Shown in pieces: positions 40,169 through 50,454 of a stretch of DNA of 64,000 nucleotides. Source of the DNA: an uncultured archaeon (lineage in GTDB: Archaea > Thermoplasmatota > Thermoplasmata > Thermoplasmatales > Thermoplasmataceae); the NCBI GenBank assembly GCA_000965745.1, contig CP009479.1:96001-160000 (forward strand), in the 5' to 3' direction. The notes under the pieces are model-generated. The model did no database searches. It saw only the letters and a list, made by a program, of their open reading frames with translations, and had not been told where the DNA came from. Made by a program: the position numbers and the translations under genes. The first letter of the stretch is position 1. Every line of letters starts with the position of its first letter.

Positions 40169-40172
40169 AAAA

Positions 40173-41003
40173 TTATGTTTTTTTCAATAATTCCCTGACA
40201 AACTGTGGGAGCTTGAAGGATCCCTCCAGCACCTCACCGTTGAAGTACTGCATGCTTTTTACTTCCTCATTTCTAGGGGAAAGGGTGCCGCTTGATGCCA
40301 TGGTAAATGACCAGAACCCGCTCGGGTACGTCGGTATGAAGGCCGTGTATACCCTGACGTCATCGAAAACTTCCTTCATTCCGCTGTATGCCAGTTTGAG
40401 CGCATTTGGCTGGTAAAAAGGAGAACCGGACTGTGAAACTACCACACCCCGATCAGAAATCAGGTTCTTCACGCCCTTGTAGAACTCCTTGTTGAAGAGG
40501 CCCTCTGCAGGACCAACCGGGTCGGTGGAGTCGATTATCACAACATCAAATTTCTCATCAGAAGTCTTGGCATACTTGATCCCGTCGCCTATTATCAGCT
40601 CAACTTTCGGATCATCGAATGCAGAGGAGAGTTCCGGGAAGAATCTCTTTGAGACTTCCACCACCTGGCTGTCAATCTCAACGTTGACAATCCTCTTGAA
40701 GCCAAGGCCCAGCAGTGTCTTGGCGGCACCACCGTCTCCTCCCCCTATGATAAGGGCCTTTTCAGGCTTTTTCTTAGTGAAGTAGTAGGGCACCATCGTT
40801 ATCATTTCATGGTACACGAATTCATCCCTGTCGGTAAGCTGAACAGTTCCGTCTATTGTCAGGAGCTTTCCAAAATCATAGGTATCAAAAAGATCGATCC
40901 TCTGGAAATCTGTTTTGACCGAGAGCAATTGATCCTTTATCCTGAATGAAAGCTGAAGATTGTCTGAATAACGCTCTGAGAACCAGTTCTCTATCATTTT
41001 CAC
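40173..41003 (-). CDS. speE: Polyamine aminopropyltransferase (spermidine synthase)
   Basis: [40 protein letters not shown]; start may be 40997. Confidence 0.95.
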   Translation of the reverse strand: MKMIENWFSERYSDNLQLSFRIKDQLLSVKTDFQRIDLFDTYDFGKLLTIDGTVQLTDRDEFVYHEMITMVPYYFTKKKPEKALIIGGGDGGAAKTLLGLGFKRIVNVEIDSQVVEVSKRFFPELSSAFDDPKVELIIGDGIKYAKTSDEKFDVVIIDSTDPVGPAEGLFNKEFYKGVKNLISDRGVVVSQSGSPFYQPNALKLAYSGMKEVFDDVRVYTAFIPTYPSGFWSFTMASSGTLSPRNEEVKSMQYFNGEVLEGSFKLPQFVRELLKKT

Positions 41004-41373
41004 AACATTGGATAATTACACGATATATAACCCTGTCCGAGAAATTTCGCAATGAATCTGACCGAAATTATATCTAGAGGCTGGAATTTTCAGCCCCGGA
41101 ATGAACTACCTGTGCATGTGATGATGTAGCAGTCCCGGTGCGTTCACTTTTCCCCGCTTTTTTTCTTCTGACGCACCATTTGCTGTGTTTTAAGAGGTAC
41201 CAATCCATCTTAAAATACGGATGACTTGGGGTGAATATGCAATTTAAATGTATTTAGATTATTTTATTATAATATTGGAATATCCGCAGAGTCACTTTTA
41301 GATGCTATCTACTAAAAATGCGATACAAATATTTTAATACAAGCAATCATATTATCAATAGGAGGATTTAAAA

Positions 41374-41643
41374 ATGGTAGGAATAAGCGAGATCTCTAAG
41401 ACAGTTTCCAAGAAGACGGGAACAACACAGAAGGTTGCCAGAAATGTTATTAAGCACTTCCTGGACACCGTGATTGCAGAGGCAGACAAGGGAAACAAGA
41501 TCAACCTTGCCGGATTTGGAATCTTTGAGAGAAGAACTCAGATGGCAAGAAAGGCTAGAAACCCACAGACAAAGAAAATCATTGAAGTACCATCAAAGAA
41601 GAAATTTGTCTTTAGAGCCTCAAGCAAAGTAAAGTACAAGTAA
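41374..41643 (+). CDS. HU-family chromatin protein (HTa-like)
   Basis: GGAGG RBS; INLAGFGIF, RKARNPQTKKIIEVP, FRASSK. Confidence 0.95.
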   Translation: MVGISEISKTVSKKTGTTQKVARNVIKHFLDTVIAEADKGNKINLAGFGIFERRTQMARKARNPQTKKIIEVPSKKKFVFRASSKVKYK

Positions 41644-41660
41644 TTCTGAAAAGAATTCCA

Positions 41661-41702
41661 ATTTTTTTTGATCTTTTTTTAACCTGTTTTTTTACGATTT
41701 TT
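41661..41702 (+). terminator. Multiple oligo-T tracts after the HTa gene
   Basis: Four T5-T8 runs immediately after the stop, typical of archaeal U-tract termination. Confidence 0.6.
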
Positions 41703-41792
41703 CAAGTTCTTTACTGTAGTTCCGTACAGCAAATCATGCATATTGACTCAAATAGTATTGTCACAGAAAAAGGGAACTGTGGCATAATGGGA

Positions 41793-42086
41793 TTAGGACT
41801 TGGAATACTTCTTTTTCCTTTCCTTGGACGAGTATCCGGTAAGATTCTCAATCAACTGGTTGTACAATTTTATCGTCTGTGAAAAATCCTTGTGAGTAGT
41901 GTCGGCTTCGGTTTCAGCAAAGAGGCCCTTGCCGTCTGTGTAGAGGTCTACAACCTTCATTCCGGGTATGTAAGCCAGGACATGCTCGTCCTTTATCTCT
42001 GCGCTTTCTGCAAGCTTCTTTGTTTCTTCCAGTATGTAATCCGGAGTTATCTTGATTCCTTTCTTCACGGGATATTGCCTTGCCAT
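41793..42086 (-). CDS. Ta0095-like small basic DNA-binding protein
   Basis: YPVKKG...IPG...YN..IE.LTGYSSKERKK pattern recalled from Thermoplasma acidophilum Ta0095; lies next to HTa. Confidence 0.75.
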   Translation of the reverse strand: MARQYPVKKGIKITPDYILEETKKLAESAEIKDEHVLAYIPGMKVVDLYTDGKGLFAETEADTTHKDFSQTIKLYNQLIENLTGYSSKERKKKYSKS

Positions 42087-42095
42087 ATTTTCACC

Positions 42096-43118
42096 TCATG
42101 CTACCTGTTTTTTTACCGATGCTTTTCTCTGCATCTTCTTTCCCAGAGCTCTCAGATATATAAGGTACATATACTGAGCATCATGTTCAAGAAGCGGGGA
42201 ACTTGAAATTATTGTCATGTCATCCTGGAAGTCAACAAGGCTTTCGGCAAGGGTTTCAAACTTCAAATCCCCATGTTTTATCGCCGTCAGTTTCACTTCA
42301 TTATTGTCTTTGTACTCCACCCCGGCAAATTCGCTGTAGAGGTCTCCCTTGCTGTATTTCTTGAATTCGCTGACCACAGCTTCAAAGTCCTTTATCTCTA
42401 TCAGTGACCCATCACCCTGGGAGTGGACATGTGGGAAATTCAGGATTGGCTCGATATCCTTGACTTTCTTTGCCAGAGAGATTAAATCGCTCGAATTCCC
42501 AAAGATTTCGGATTTTCCCGCGACTTCGACTCCAATGTGGGGGAAACCCTTCGATACGGGGAACGCCTTAGAAATATTCTTATATACAGATGTGGCCTTC
42601 TCAATGCTCTCTTTCTTGGTCTGCTTGTAAAATCCGGTGTGGGTAACTACACGCTTGCATCCCATTGCCTTCCCTATTATCAGGGTCCACTTCAGGTGGT
42701 TGTATGATTTGTCCCCAATCTCCCCTTCATCCAGGAGGTCCATGTAGTAAGGTGCGTGGAGGGACAACTGCACATCAAGCTCCTTTGCCAACTTGCCGCC
42801 ATCAAATAGATCATCATAATTCCGGGCCATATTCCAGAAAAGCTCCTGGACAATGTCGTCCTCCTCGATGATTGTGTCCACGCCAACCCCTTCATAGTTG
42901 CCGTCCTCATTCTGCCTGAGGACATCAACTATTATTGATCCGCCCACATCATGGGGCCGCATTCCGGCAAGGTCGAGTGCCGGCCTCTCTTCGACGTTGA
43001 CCCTTAGCAGCTGAACCTCCAGTGCATTAAGACCGAGCATGTTTGTATCTTCAACCGATTCAATAAAAGTTCTGCCCTTGCTAGTAAGAGGTATACCTGC
43101 TATGCCGAATCTAATCAT
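42096..43118 (-). CDS. Endonuclease IV-like TIM-barrel protein (divergent)
   Basis: MIRFGIAGIP, GLNALEVQ, LSLHAPYY, VVTHTGFY, IISSSPLLEHDA. Confidence 0.82.
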   Translation of the reverse strand: MIRFGIAGIPLTSKGRTFIESVEDTNMLGLNALEVQLLRVNVEERPALDLAGMRPHDVGGSIIVDVLRQNEDGNYEGVGVDTIIEEDDIVQELFWNMARNYDDLFDGGKLAKELDVQLSLHAPYYMDLLDEGEIGDKSYNHLKWTLIIGKAMGCKRVVTHTGFYKQTKKESIEKATSVYKNISKAFPVSKGFPHIGVEVAGKSEIFGNSSDLISLAKKVKDIEPILNFPHVHSQGDGSLIEIKDFEAVVSEFKKYSKGDLYSEFAGVEYKDNNEVKLTAIKHGDLKFETLAESLVDFQDDMTIISSSPLLEHDAQYMYLIYLRALGKKMQRKASVKKQVA

Positions 43119-43417
43119 AACTAAATCAGTGATCTCTATCATCTCGAGTTATATAAGTCTTAGAGCGAAGTTTTTGTCGAATCACCTGAATCCCTTGGCA
43201 GAGTGACATCCAGGCCGCCCATCACTGTTAAGGATCCACATGTTGAAAATATAGCAATCCGGACTGGCATTTTACGCAATTTTTCCTGCCAGCCACCATG
43301 TGAAAGGCCTCGCCAACAGAGTTAAATACCGTTTTTGTATACATTCTTCAATGGTGATGGAACAAAGAGGCAATTATTCAATTGTTATCTCAAAAAACAC
43401 CATTTCGGGTGATACTA

Positions 43418-44740
43418 TTGAACGTAGATCCAAATATAACAAAATACATGATCAAAGCAAAGATATTTACAGATGGGGTGGTTGAAAAACCAGATGTCGT
43501 AGGAGCTATTTTTGGTCAGACCGAGGGTCTTCTTGGAGAGGAACTTGATCTCAGAGATCTTCAAAAAAGTGGCAAAATTGGAAGAATTGAAGTCGAGATA
43601 GACAGTAAGAAAGGCAGAACAGAAGGTTTTGCTTTAATTCCCTCCGGCCTTGACCAGGTTGAAAGCTCCATACTCGCGGCATCCCTTGAAACCATAGACA
43701 GAATAGGGCCATGCAAAGCTAAGGTAGAAATCGAGATAATCGAGGACGTAAGGATTCAGAAGAGACAGAAAGTTGTCGAGCGCGCTGAGGAACTCTACAA
43801 GAGAATGAGTGAGGCAGGAAAGAGTGTCAGCGAGAGCATAATCCAATCCGTGAGGGAAGAGGTTGAGCTTGGCGAGATCCTCTCATACGGTGAGGAAAAG
43901 CTGCCTGCCGGACCCGCCATAAAGGATTCAGATTCTATCATCGTGGTTGAAGGAAGAAGCGATGTCCTGAATCTTCTGAAGTATGGAATAAAGAATACAA
44001 TCGCTGTCCAGGGGACAAACATACCGAAGACTGTTCAGAAACTTTCAAAGGAGAGGACCGTCACAGTATTCCTGGATGGAGACAGAGGCGGAGACCTGAT
44101 TCTCAGGGAAATGCTCCAGGTTGCAGAAGTGGACTTCGTTGCAAGGGCACCTCCCGGTACTGAGGTGGAGGAGCTTACCTACAAGCAGATCGTAAAAGCT
44201 CTCAGGTACAAGACACCAGTAGAGCAGTACCTTTCCATGAAGGGGATGTCAGAGGAGCTGAAGGAACTCACGGAGAAGACAAGATCAGAGGAGCCAAAGC
44301 ACCAGAGACCTGCCCCAAAGGAAAAGGAGCGCGAAATAAAGGAGATTAAAGTAGCCAAAGTTGAGAAGAAGCAGCAGCAGCCTGAAGTTGTTGAGCAGAA
44401 GAAAGAGAACGGATTCAAGGAAGAGGAAGATCCTGGAAAAGTCTCGCTTGACAATCCTAAGTCCATAGAGAAAAGGGCTGAGTTTCTCCTTCAGGAGAAA
44501 ACAACGGAAATATACTCGGACGGCGGGGAAGTTGTCGCTTCATTCCCGGTTGCTGATGCAATCGACAAACTTGCTGAAGTAGCAAACGGAAATACCATCA
44601 TTACCGGCGGCGTTATTTCACAGAGATTAGTGGATGTGGCTTACAAGATAGGAATCAAGAATATATATGGAGTCAAGCTAGGACACATTACAAAGAAGCC
44701 GACCGAGGTAAGGGTAGTAGCATGGGATCATCATACGTAA
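43418..44740 (+). CDS. dnaG: Archaeal DnaG (TOPRIM protein, exosome-associated)
   Basis: GGGTGA RBS plus TTG start; DVVGAIFGQTEGLLG, VVEGRSDV, FLDGDRGG. Confidence 0.96.
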   Translation: MNVDPNITKYMIKAKIFTDGVVEKPDVVGAIFGQTEGLLGEELDLRDLQKSGKIGRIEVEIDSKKGRTEGFALIPSGLDQVESSILAASLETIDRIGPCKAKVEIEIIEDVRIQKRQKVVERAEELYKRMSEAGKSVSESIIQSVREEVELGEILSYGEEKLPAGPAIKDSDSIIVVEGRSDVLNLLKYGIKNTIAVQGTNIPKTVQKLSKERTVTVFLDGDRGGDLILREMLQVAEVDFVARAPPGTEVEELTYKQIVKALRYKTPVEQYLSMKGMSEELKELTEKTRSEEPKHQRPAPKEKEREIKEIKVAKVEKKQQQPEVVEQKKENGFKEEEDPGKVSLDNPKSIEKRAEFLLQEKTTEIYSDGGEVVASFPVADAIDKLAEVANGNTIITGGVISQRLVDVAYKIGIKNIYGVKLGHITKKPTEVRVVAWDHHT

Positions 44741-46227
44741 ACGTGGATTTTGACAAATTTCCGGACACATCATACATAAGTATACCATCAAATCCCCTTG
44801 AGAGGGTGATTGGCCAGGCAGAAGCTGTCAGAATGGCCAAGATTGCAGCCAGACAGAGAAGGCACCTGTTGCTTGTAGGCCCTCCCGGTGTCGGCAAGTC
44901 AATGATCGCCCAGGCCATGTCGTTTTATGTGGAGAGGCCAAAGGAAGAGATACGCGTGGTGCATAACCCCCAGTACCCCGAAAGGCCTTTCACTGAAGTC
45001 AAGACATTTCAGGAGATCAATAAGGAAAAGGAGGAGATGAACTCCGTTGAGGGGGAGACGATAGATCCGAGGGATGCCCCGACATCAGTAGCGGAGAGGC
45101 TTGGATACAGATGCCCCAGATGCAGTTTTTATTCTCAGCCTTCAGACAGTATATGCCCCAACTGCAACAATCCGAAGGTGCAGGGGGGAGTTACCCAGCA
45201 GGGCCCCTTTGGTGACGTTTTCAATGTCATAGGCGCGGCCTTTGGAGTCCAGAACAACACAGAAAGGGTTACATCTACGAGAAGGACTGGCGACCACGAG
45301 GAAGTGATCGTTTACGAGAGGGCCGGCGAAAGAATAAAGATCCTGGATGAAAAGACTCTTGAAAGAAAGAGGAGGATGGAGAAGAAAAGCCCAAGCAAGA
45401 CAATAGTGCCAATCAGCAGGAACCCGTTCGTTCTTGCGACAGGGGCCAGCGAGACTGAATTGCTTGGAGACGTAAGGCATGACCCATATGGAGGGCATCC
45501 GCAACTCGGAACTCTCCCCTATGAGAGGGTCATCTCAGGAGCAATTCATGAGGCCCATGAAGGGGTGCTTTTCATAGACGAGGTCACCCACCTCGGAAAC
45601 ATACAGAGGTTCATACTTACAGCCATGCAGGAGAGAAACTTCCCCATAACAGGAAGAAATCCACAGAGCGCAGGAGCAAGCGTGAGAGTTGACAATGTGC
45701 CCACTGATTTCATACTGGTTGCTGCGTGCAACATACAGGACCTTCGGCATATTCTCAGCCCCCTGAGGTCAAGAATAGTCGGGAGCGGTTACGAAATACT
45801 TATGGAAATCGCAATCCCGGACACTCCTGAGAACAGGATGAGGTATCTTCAGTTCATAGCACAGGAGATAATCATAGACGGGAAGATACCCCACATGACA
45901 ATAGATGCTGCGAAGCTGATAATCGATGAAGGCAAGAGAAGGGCCAAGGAAATAGACCACAAGGACAATGCTCTGACACTCAGGCTGAGGGAACTCGGCG
46001 GGCTGATAAGGGCCTCAGGCGACATCGCTGTTTCCAAGGAAAAGAAGCTCATCGACATAGAAGACGTGAATGAGGCACTCCAGACTTACCTACCGGTGGA
46101 AGAGAAGATCAAGAAGTACTATGGGAACATGGGTGCAGCACTATCCACTGAAACTACGATTTCCCAGAGGGCGGAAGAGTATTATTTCAATTACCACGAC
46201 TACAACAGCGACCGGTCATACGACTGA
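44722..46227 (+). CDS. LonB-related AAA+ ATPase lacking the protease domain, with zinc-ribbon insert
   Basis: VIGQ, GPPGVGKS, LLGDVRHDP, GVLFIDE, LRSRI, LRLRELGGL; CPRC..CPNC insert; no Ser-Lys (GDSAS) protease domain. Confidence 0.88.
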   Translation: MGSSYVNVDFDKFPDTSYISIPSNPLERVIGQAEAVRMAKIAARQRRHLLLVGPPGVGKSMIAQAMSFYVERPKEEIRVVHNPQYPERPFTEVKTFQEINKEKEEMNSVEGETIDPRDAPTSVAERLGYRCPRCSFYSQPSDSICPNCNNPKVQGGVTQQGPFGDVFNVIGAAFGVQNNTERVTSTRRTGDHEEVIVYERAGERIKILDEKTLERKRRMEKKSPSKTIVPISRNPFVLATGASETELLGDVRHDPYGGHPQLGTLPYERVISGAIHEAHEGVLFIDEVTHLGNIQRFILTAMQERNFPITGRNPQSAGASVRVDNVPTDFILVAACNIQDLRHILSPLRSRIVGSGYEILMEIAIPDTPENRMRYLQFIAQEIIIDGKIPHMTIDAAKLIIDEGKRRAKEIDHKDNALTLRLRELGGLIRASGDIAVSKEKKLIDIEDVNEALQTYLPVEEKIKKYYGNMGAALSTETTISQRAEEYYFNYHDYNSDRSYD

Positions 46228-46385
46228 TATTGCAGAATTACTCCCATCCCCCCACCATCTTTTAATCATTTCTAGAGCAGGAATTCACAGCCTCTGAACA
46301 GACCATGCACTGCATTTTTTTCACTATCCCGAATGCAATTGCAATAACTAATATATTGTAATTCGTTTGCCGAGACGGAGATCAA

Positions 46386-48152
46386 ATGAATATATCATAC
46401 ACTGTTGAAATGAAAAAACCACAAACACATTTCTTCCAAATCACAATGGTCGTTGACGAGGTCGGGGAGGACTCCGTTACAGCAACAATGCCGGTCTGGA
46501 CTCCGGGAGCCTATGAAATAGCCGATTTTCCAAGGCATGTAAGGAACCTCAGGGTCGTTACAGGCGAAAAGAAGCCTCTGCCTGTGCAGAGAAAGGACAA
46601 GGCTTCATGGAAAATACTCAACGGTAATGTAAGATCATTCAAGGTGACCTACGAAGTATACGCGAACGAGCTTTCAGTCCACACAAGCCATCTTGATTCA
46701 TCACATGGGTACATAAACGGCGCTGGAATGTTCCTCTACCTTGACGGATACAAGGACCAGGTATCCGAAGTGAATATCAAGCCGCCACAGAACTGGAAGA
46801 TATCCACAGGGATGGAAAAAACAGGGGATAACAAGTACAGGGCAATCAATTATGATATCCTGATAGATTCGCCAATAGAGATAGGGACGCACAGATCCCT
46901 CTTCTTCGAGGTGGCTGGAAAAGAGCATGAGATCGTCCTCTACGGAAGTGGAAACGAGAACGAGGAGAAGCTCAAGCAGGATGTCCAGAAGCTTGTTGAA
47001 TCATATTACGGGCTTATGGGGTCACTTCCGTACAAGAGATATGTGTTCATTTACCACCTTGTCAATGAGCCGGATTTTTTCGGTGGACTCGAGCACCTGA
47101 ATTCTACCTCTATAGACGTATACAGCCAGACATTCGCGCCGAAGGACGAATACAACAAGTTTCTCAGTGTTACTTCCCATGAATTCTTCCACCTCTGGAA
47201 CGTAAAAAGGCTGAAGCCCGTTGAGCTTGGGCCCTTCAACTACCAGCAGGAAGTCTACACAACGCTTCTCTGGCTCAGCGAGGGAGTTACAAACTTCTAC
47301 ACATGGGTCATGATGCTCAGGTCGGGAGTTGCAACAAAGGAGGAATACCTTGAACACCTGATGGAGACCATAAGATACTACGACATTCTCCCGGGCACTG
47401 CAGTGGAATCTGCCGCAGACTCTTCATTTGATTCGTGGATAAAGCTCTACAGGCCGTCCCCCAATAATGTGAACAGTTACGTCTCATACTACCTGAAGGG
47501 CGAGATCCTGGGCATGATGCTGAGTGCAAGGATTGTTGAGGCAACAAACGGGTCCAAGTCACTGGACGAGTTCTTCAGGCTGCTTCTCGACAGGTACAAC
47601 AAAGACGGGAAGGGGTTTACCGAGAAGGACATACTCGGCGCCCTGAAAGAAGTGTCAGGGAAGGATTTCATCGAATTCTTTGACAAATACGTACGCGGCA
47701 CGCAAAAGATAGATTTTGATGATGAGCTCAAGAGAATTGGCTACAATATAAAGAGGGGTTACAAGAAGGTTGATAATGTGGAACCCGAGACCAAGGCATT
47801 CATGGGTCTTTTCGTAAAGGGAAACGGAGGAAAATTCTCAGTGGAAGCTGTTCTTGAAGGGACACCCGCCTTCGAATACGGGATAAATTACAAGGACGAG
47901 CTTGTCTCGATCAACAAGCAGAAATTCGGCGACAGATACCTGAAGAACATCAGGGAAGATTTCCGCAGGTTCAAGATCGATGACCTCAAGGATTACATGC
48001 CCGGAGACAGGGTAAAAGTCCATCTCTTCAGGAGGGGGCTGCTCACGGATGTTGATGTTGTGCTCGGAAAAGCCCCGTTTGAATATTATAAGGCAGAGGA
48101 AATTGATGACGATGCCTTCAGAAAGTACTCTGAAAAATTCCTGATTGGGTAA
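46386..48152 (+). CDS. M61 glycyl aminopeptidase with PDZ domain
   Basis: MPVWTPGAY, DSPIEIG, GGLEHLNS, HEFFHLWNVKR, LWLSEGVT, SYYLKG, C-terminal PDZ. Confidence 0.93.
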   Translation: MNISYTVEMKKPQTHFFQITMVVDEVGEDSVTATMPVWTPGAYEIADFPRHVRNLRVVTGEKKPLPVQRKDKASWKILNGNVRSFKVTYEVYANELSVHTSHLDSSHGYINGAGMFLYLDGYKDQVSEVNIKPPQNWKISTGMEKTGDNKYRAINYDILIDSPIEIGTHRSLFFEVAGKEHEIVLYGSGNENEEKLKQDVQKLVESYYGLMGSLPYKRYVFIYHLVNEPDFFGGLEHLNSTSIDVYSQTFAPKDEYNKFLSVTSHEFFHLWNVKRLKPVELGPFNYQQEVYTTLLWLSEGVTNFYTWVMMLRSGVATKEEYLEHLMETIRYYDILPGTAVESAADSSFDSWIKLYRPSPNNVNSYVSYYLKGEILGMMLSARIVEATNGSKSLDEFFRLLLDRYNKDGKGFTEKDILGALKEVSGKDFIEFFDKYVRGTQKIDFDDELKRIGYNIKRGYKKVDNVEPETKAFMGLFVKGNGGKFSVEAVLEGTPAFEYGINYKDELVSINKQKFGDRYLKNIREDFRRFKIDDLKDYMPGDRVKVHLFRRGLLTDVDVVLGKAPFEYYKAEEIDDDAFRKYSEKFLIG

Positions 48153-48196
48153 AAACCATTTAACCTATATATATTCGGACAATATTGTCAACCAAT

Positions 48197-48796
48197 ATGA
48201 TCCTCATACTTGAAGAATACTTCAAAGATCTGCCAGTCAAGAAGAGGATTGTGGAAGGTCTCTACAGCCATGGCATTTCAGTAAGGAACGGAAAGTTCTA
48301 CGTGGGGGATATGGAGCTCTCCGTCACGGAGGTCTCCAAGGCCTTCAACGTAAACAGGAGAACGGTATACGATACCATAAGGGTCATTGAGGAAAGGGAG
48401 GAGATCAGGAAGGTAATGGCAGAACTCCGCCCGGTTGCAGACATCGCGGACATTGCACCACTCCTCGGAAACCAGGTGGTCCTGGCCTACACCTCCCCTG
48501 GGTCATTTACCGCAAGCTACGGCAAGTTTGTGGACGTGATACAGAAATACGGCTGCTACGTAAAGGAAGTCACGGGAAGGAACATAGGCAAATCAGAGAG
48601 CTTCATGAGGGCCATATTCTACCGCACTGTGCCCGCAAGAATTTTTGACGAAATGGCTGCAATAGAAGGAATCCAGAAGATGATCATAACAACCCCCGAA
48701 AACATCCACGTTGAGCCTGTCTGCAACAAATGCGTCGTCAAGGTCTGCCCAAACAAGATTTCCACCGGGGTCGCAGAATCCATGTACGATCTCTGA
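48197..48796 (+). CDS. HTH plus ACT-like domain regulator
   Basis: GISV, EVSKAFNVNRRTVYDTI helix-turn-helix, ACT-like C-terminal half, terminal CNKCVVKVCP. Confidence 0.75.
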   Translation: MILILEEYFKDLPVKKRIVEGLYSHGISVRNGKFYVGDMELSVTEVSKAFNVNRRTVYDTIRVIEEREEIRKVMAELRPVADIADIAPLLGNQVVLAYTSPGSFTASYGKFVDVIQKYGCYVKEVTGRNIGKSESFMRAIFYRTVPARIFDEMAAIEGIQKMIITTPENIHVEPVCNKCVVKVCPNKISTGVAESMYDL

Positions 48797-48823
48797 AATT
48801 TTCTGTCTTTGCAGCCTTCTCTC

Positions 48824-49261
48824 CTACTGGACTGTGTTAATGCTTACCCTGCCGTCCGGAAGTATGATGGCTTCAAGTGAAACAGTTACGATCCCGTTGT
48901 CGAGGTATGATGATGCAGCAGCCTGGATAAGTGTCATTATGCCCAGCGCGGTGCTCTTGATTTTAACTTGCTCCCCGTCTGCGAACCTTATGATCTCCTT
49001 AGCGACATCCAGTATGTGAAGGCCGGATCCGATCCTTGCCCTTTTTATTAAACCAACATTTTCAGCCATCTGGATCGTGTCCGCTGCAGTGTTTATGTTT
49101 CTCAGGGCCCTTCTTTCAAGTATTGAGACGTCCTGCCTCGATATGCCCAGCTTCCTTGCTGTCTCTTCCTGAGTAAGATTCTGTTTTCTCAGTTCGAGGA
49201 TCTGAAGCTGCCTCTCAGTCAGTAGCCCGCCGATCCTGTGCTGCCTGTCCCCTTCGCTCAA
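48824..49261 (-). CDS. Tfx-family DNA-binding protein
   Basis: LLTERQLQILELR..LTQEETARKLGISRQDVSILERRALRNI followed by the Tfx-type C-terminal region (IIRFADGEQVKI). Confidence 0.85.
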   Translation of the reverse strand: MSEGDRQHRIGGLLTERQLQILELRKQNLTQEETARKLGISRQDVSILERRALRNINTAADTIQMAENVGLIKRARIGSGLHILDVAKEIIRFADGEQVKIKSTALGIMTLIQAAASSYLDNGIVTVSLEAIILPDGRVSINTVQ

Positions 49262-49346
49262 CAGGGTGGAATATTCTGCTAGTATTTATGTTTACAGTGA
49301 TAACAGAATCTAACACTATCGTAATCATTAATAAATCCATCATATT

Positions 49347-50396
49347 ATGAGGTTCGTGAAGAAGCTAACAGCACAGACAACTTCAGTAATAGTGGCCCTG
49401 ATTGTTGTGGGAGTTGCAGCCTATGCAATCACTGAACACAACAGCACTGGAAAGGCATCGTCACCGCTTATCGTCTATTCCGCAGATGCGTATGTCAAGG
49501 AATCCAGCACGCTGTTGAGCCAGTTCCACAACAAGAGTGGCGCATCAGTCGCGCCAGTGAAGGGGGGAGGTTCCCTAACGGATGCAAGGCAGATAGGCCA
49601 GGGATCGCCAAGTGATGTTTTCATATCAGTCTCGCTCAGCTCCTATGGAAAATCATATCTGCATAGCCGTTACAGCGGATGGGCAGTCGCCTTTGCTTCT
49701 GACCAGATGGTTCTTGCATATTCTTCAGCCACCAAGGCCAATTCATCTGCAGGCAGTATAATCAGCCAGTTCAGCAACGCGTCAAGATCCAACAGCACAT
49801 CTGGATACAATGCAGCATTCACCAGCCTTACGTCGGGAAATGTGAAAGTCGGAATCGCAAATCCCAACAGCGATCCTGCGGGGTTCAGGGGATGGCTTAC
49901 CCTCGAGATAGCCGGGTATGTGTTCCATGACAACAATACATCATACTACACGCACAGGATTTCAGCCAACGGGGGGAACATATCGGCAGGAGATGCGTCA
50001 CAGCTTGTATCGCCACTTGAAAGCGGAAACATCCAGTTCCTCTTCATATACAGGTCTGCTGCCATTGTCAAGGGGCTGAATTATATAGCCCTGCCGGCAT
50101 CGGTGAACCTGGGCAGCGTGAACTATGCAGGGTTCTACTCCGGGTTCAGCTACAATCTTTCCTCCGGGAGCGCAACTGGAGCGCCAATTTACCTCTACAT
50201 CACTGCCCTCAACGGCTCTTCAGACATGCAGACAGCAATGAGCTTCACTGAGTACGTGCTCAACAACACGGCGCTGCTCAAGGCCTACGGGCTTACGCCG
50301 ATAACGCCTGCACTTTTGTACAACAGCACCGCCCCTCCTCCGGGGATATCGGAGTACCTTAGCTCTGGAAAGGCGGCACATGCAGGGGGCATCTGA
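49347..50396 (+). CDS. wtpA: Tungstate/molybdate ABC transporter substrate-binding protein
   Basis: GGSLTDARQI, DVFIS, FASDQMVLAY, ANPNSDPAGFR, FIYRSAA, LPASVNLG. Confidence 0.8.
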   Translation: MRFVKKLTAQTTSVIVALIVVGVAAYAITEHNSTGKASSPLIVYSADAYVKESSTLLSQFHNKSGASVAPVKGGGSLTDARQIGQGSPSDVFISVSLSSYGKSYLHSRYSGWAVAFASDQMVLAYSSATKANSSAGSIISQFSNASRSNSTSGYNAAFTSLTSGNVKVGIANPNSDPAGFRGWLTLEIAGYVFHDNNTSYYTHRISANGGNISAGDASQLVSPLESGNIQFLFIYRSAAIVKGLNYIALPASVNLGSVNYAGFYSGFSYNLSSGSATGAPIYLYITALNGSSDMQTAMSFTEYVLNNTALLKAYGLTPITPALLYNSTAPPPGISEYLSSGKAAHAGGI

Positions 50397-50454
50397 TTCC
50401 TGCATCATAAATAATTTAGAGGCGCCCCCACTATGGGTATTTGAGGTATGACAG

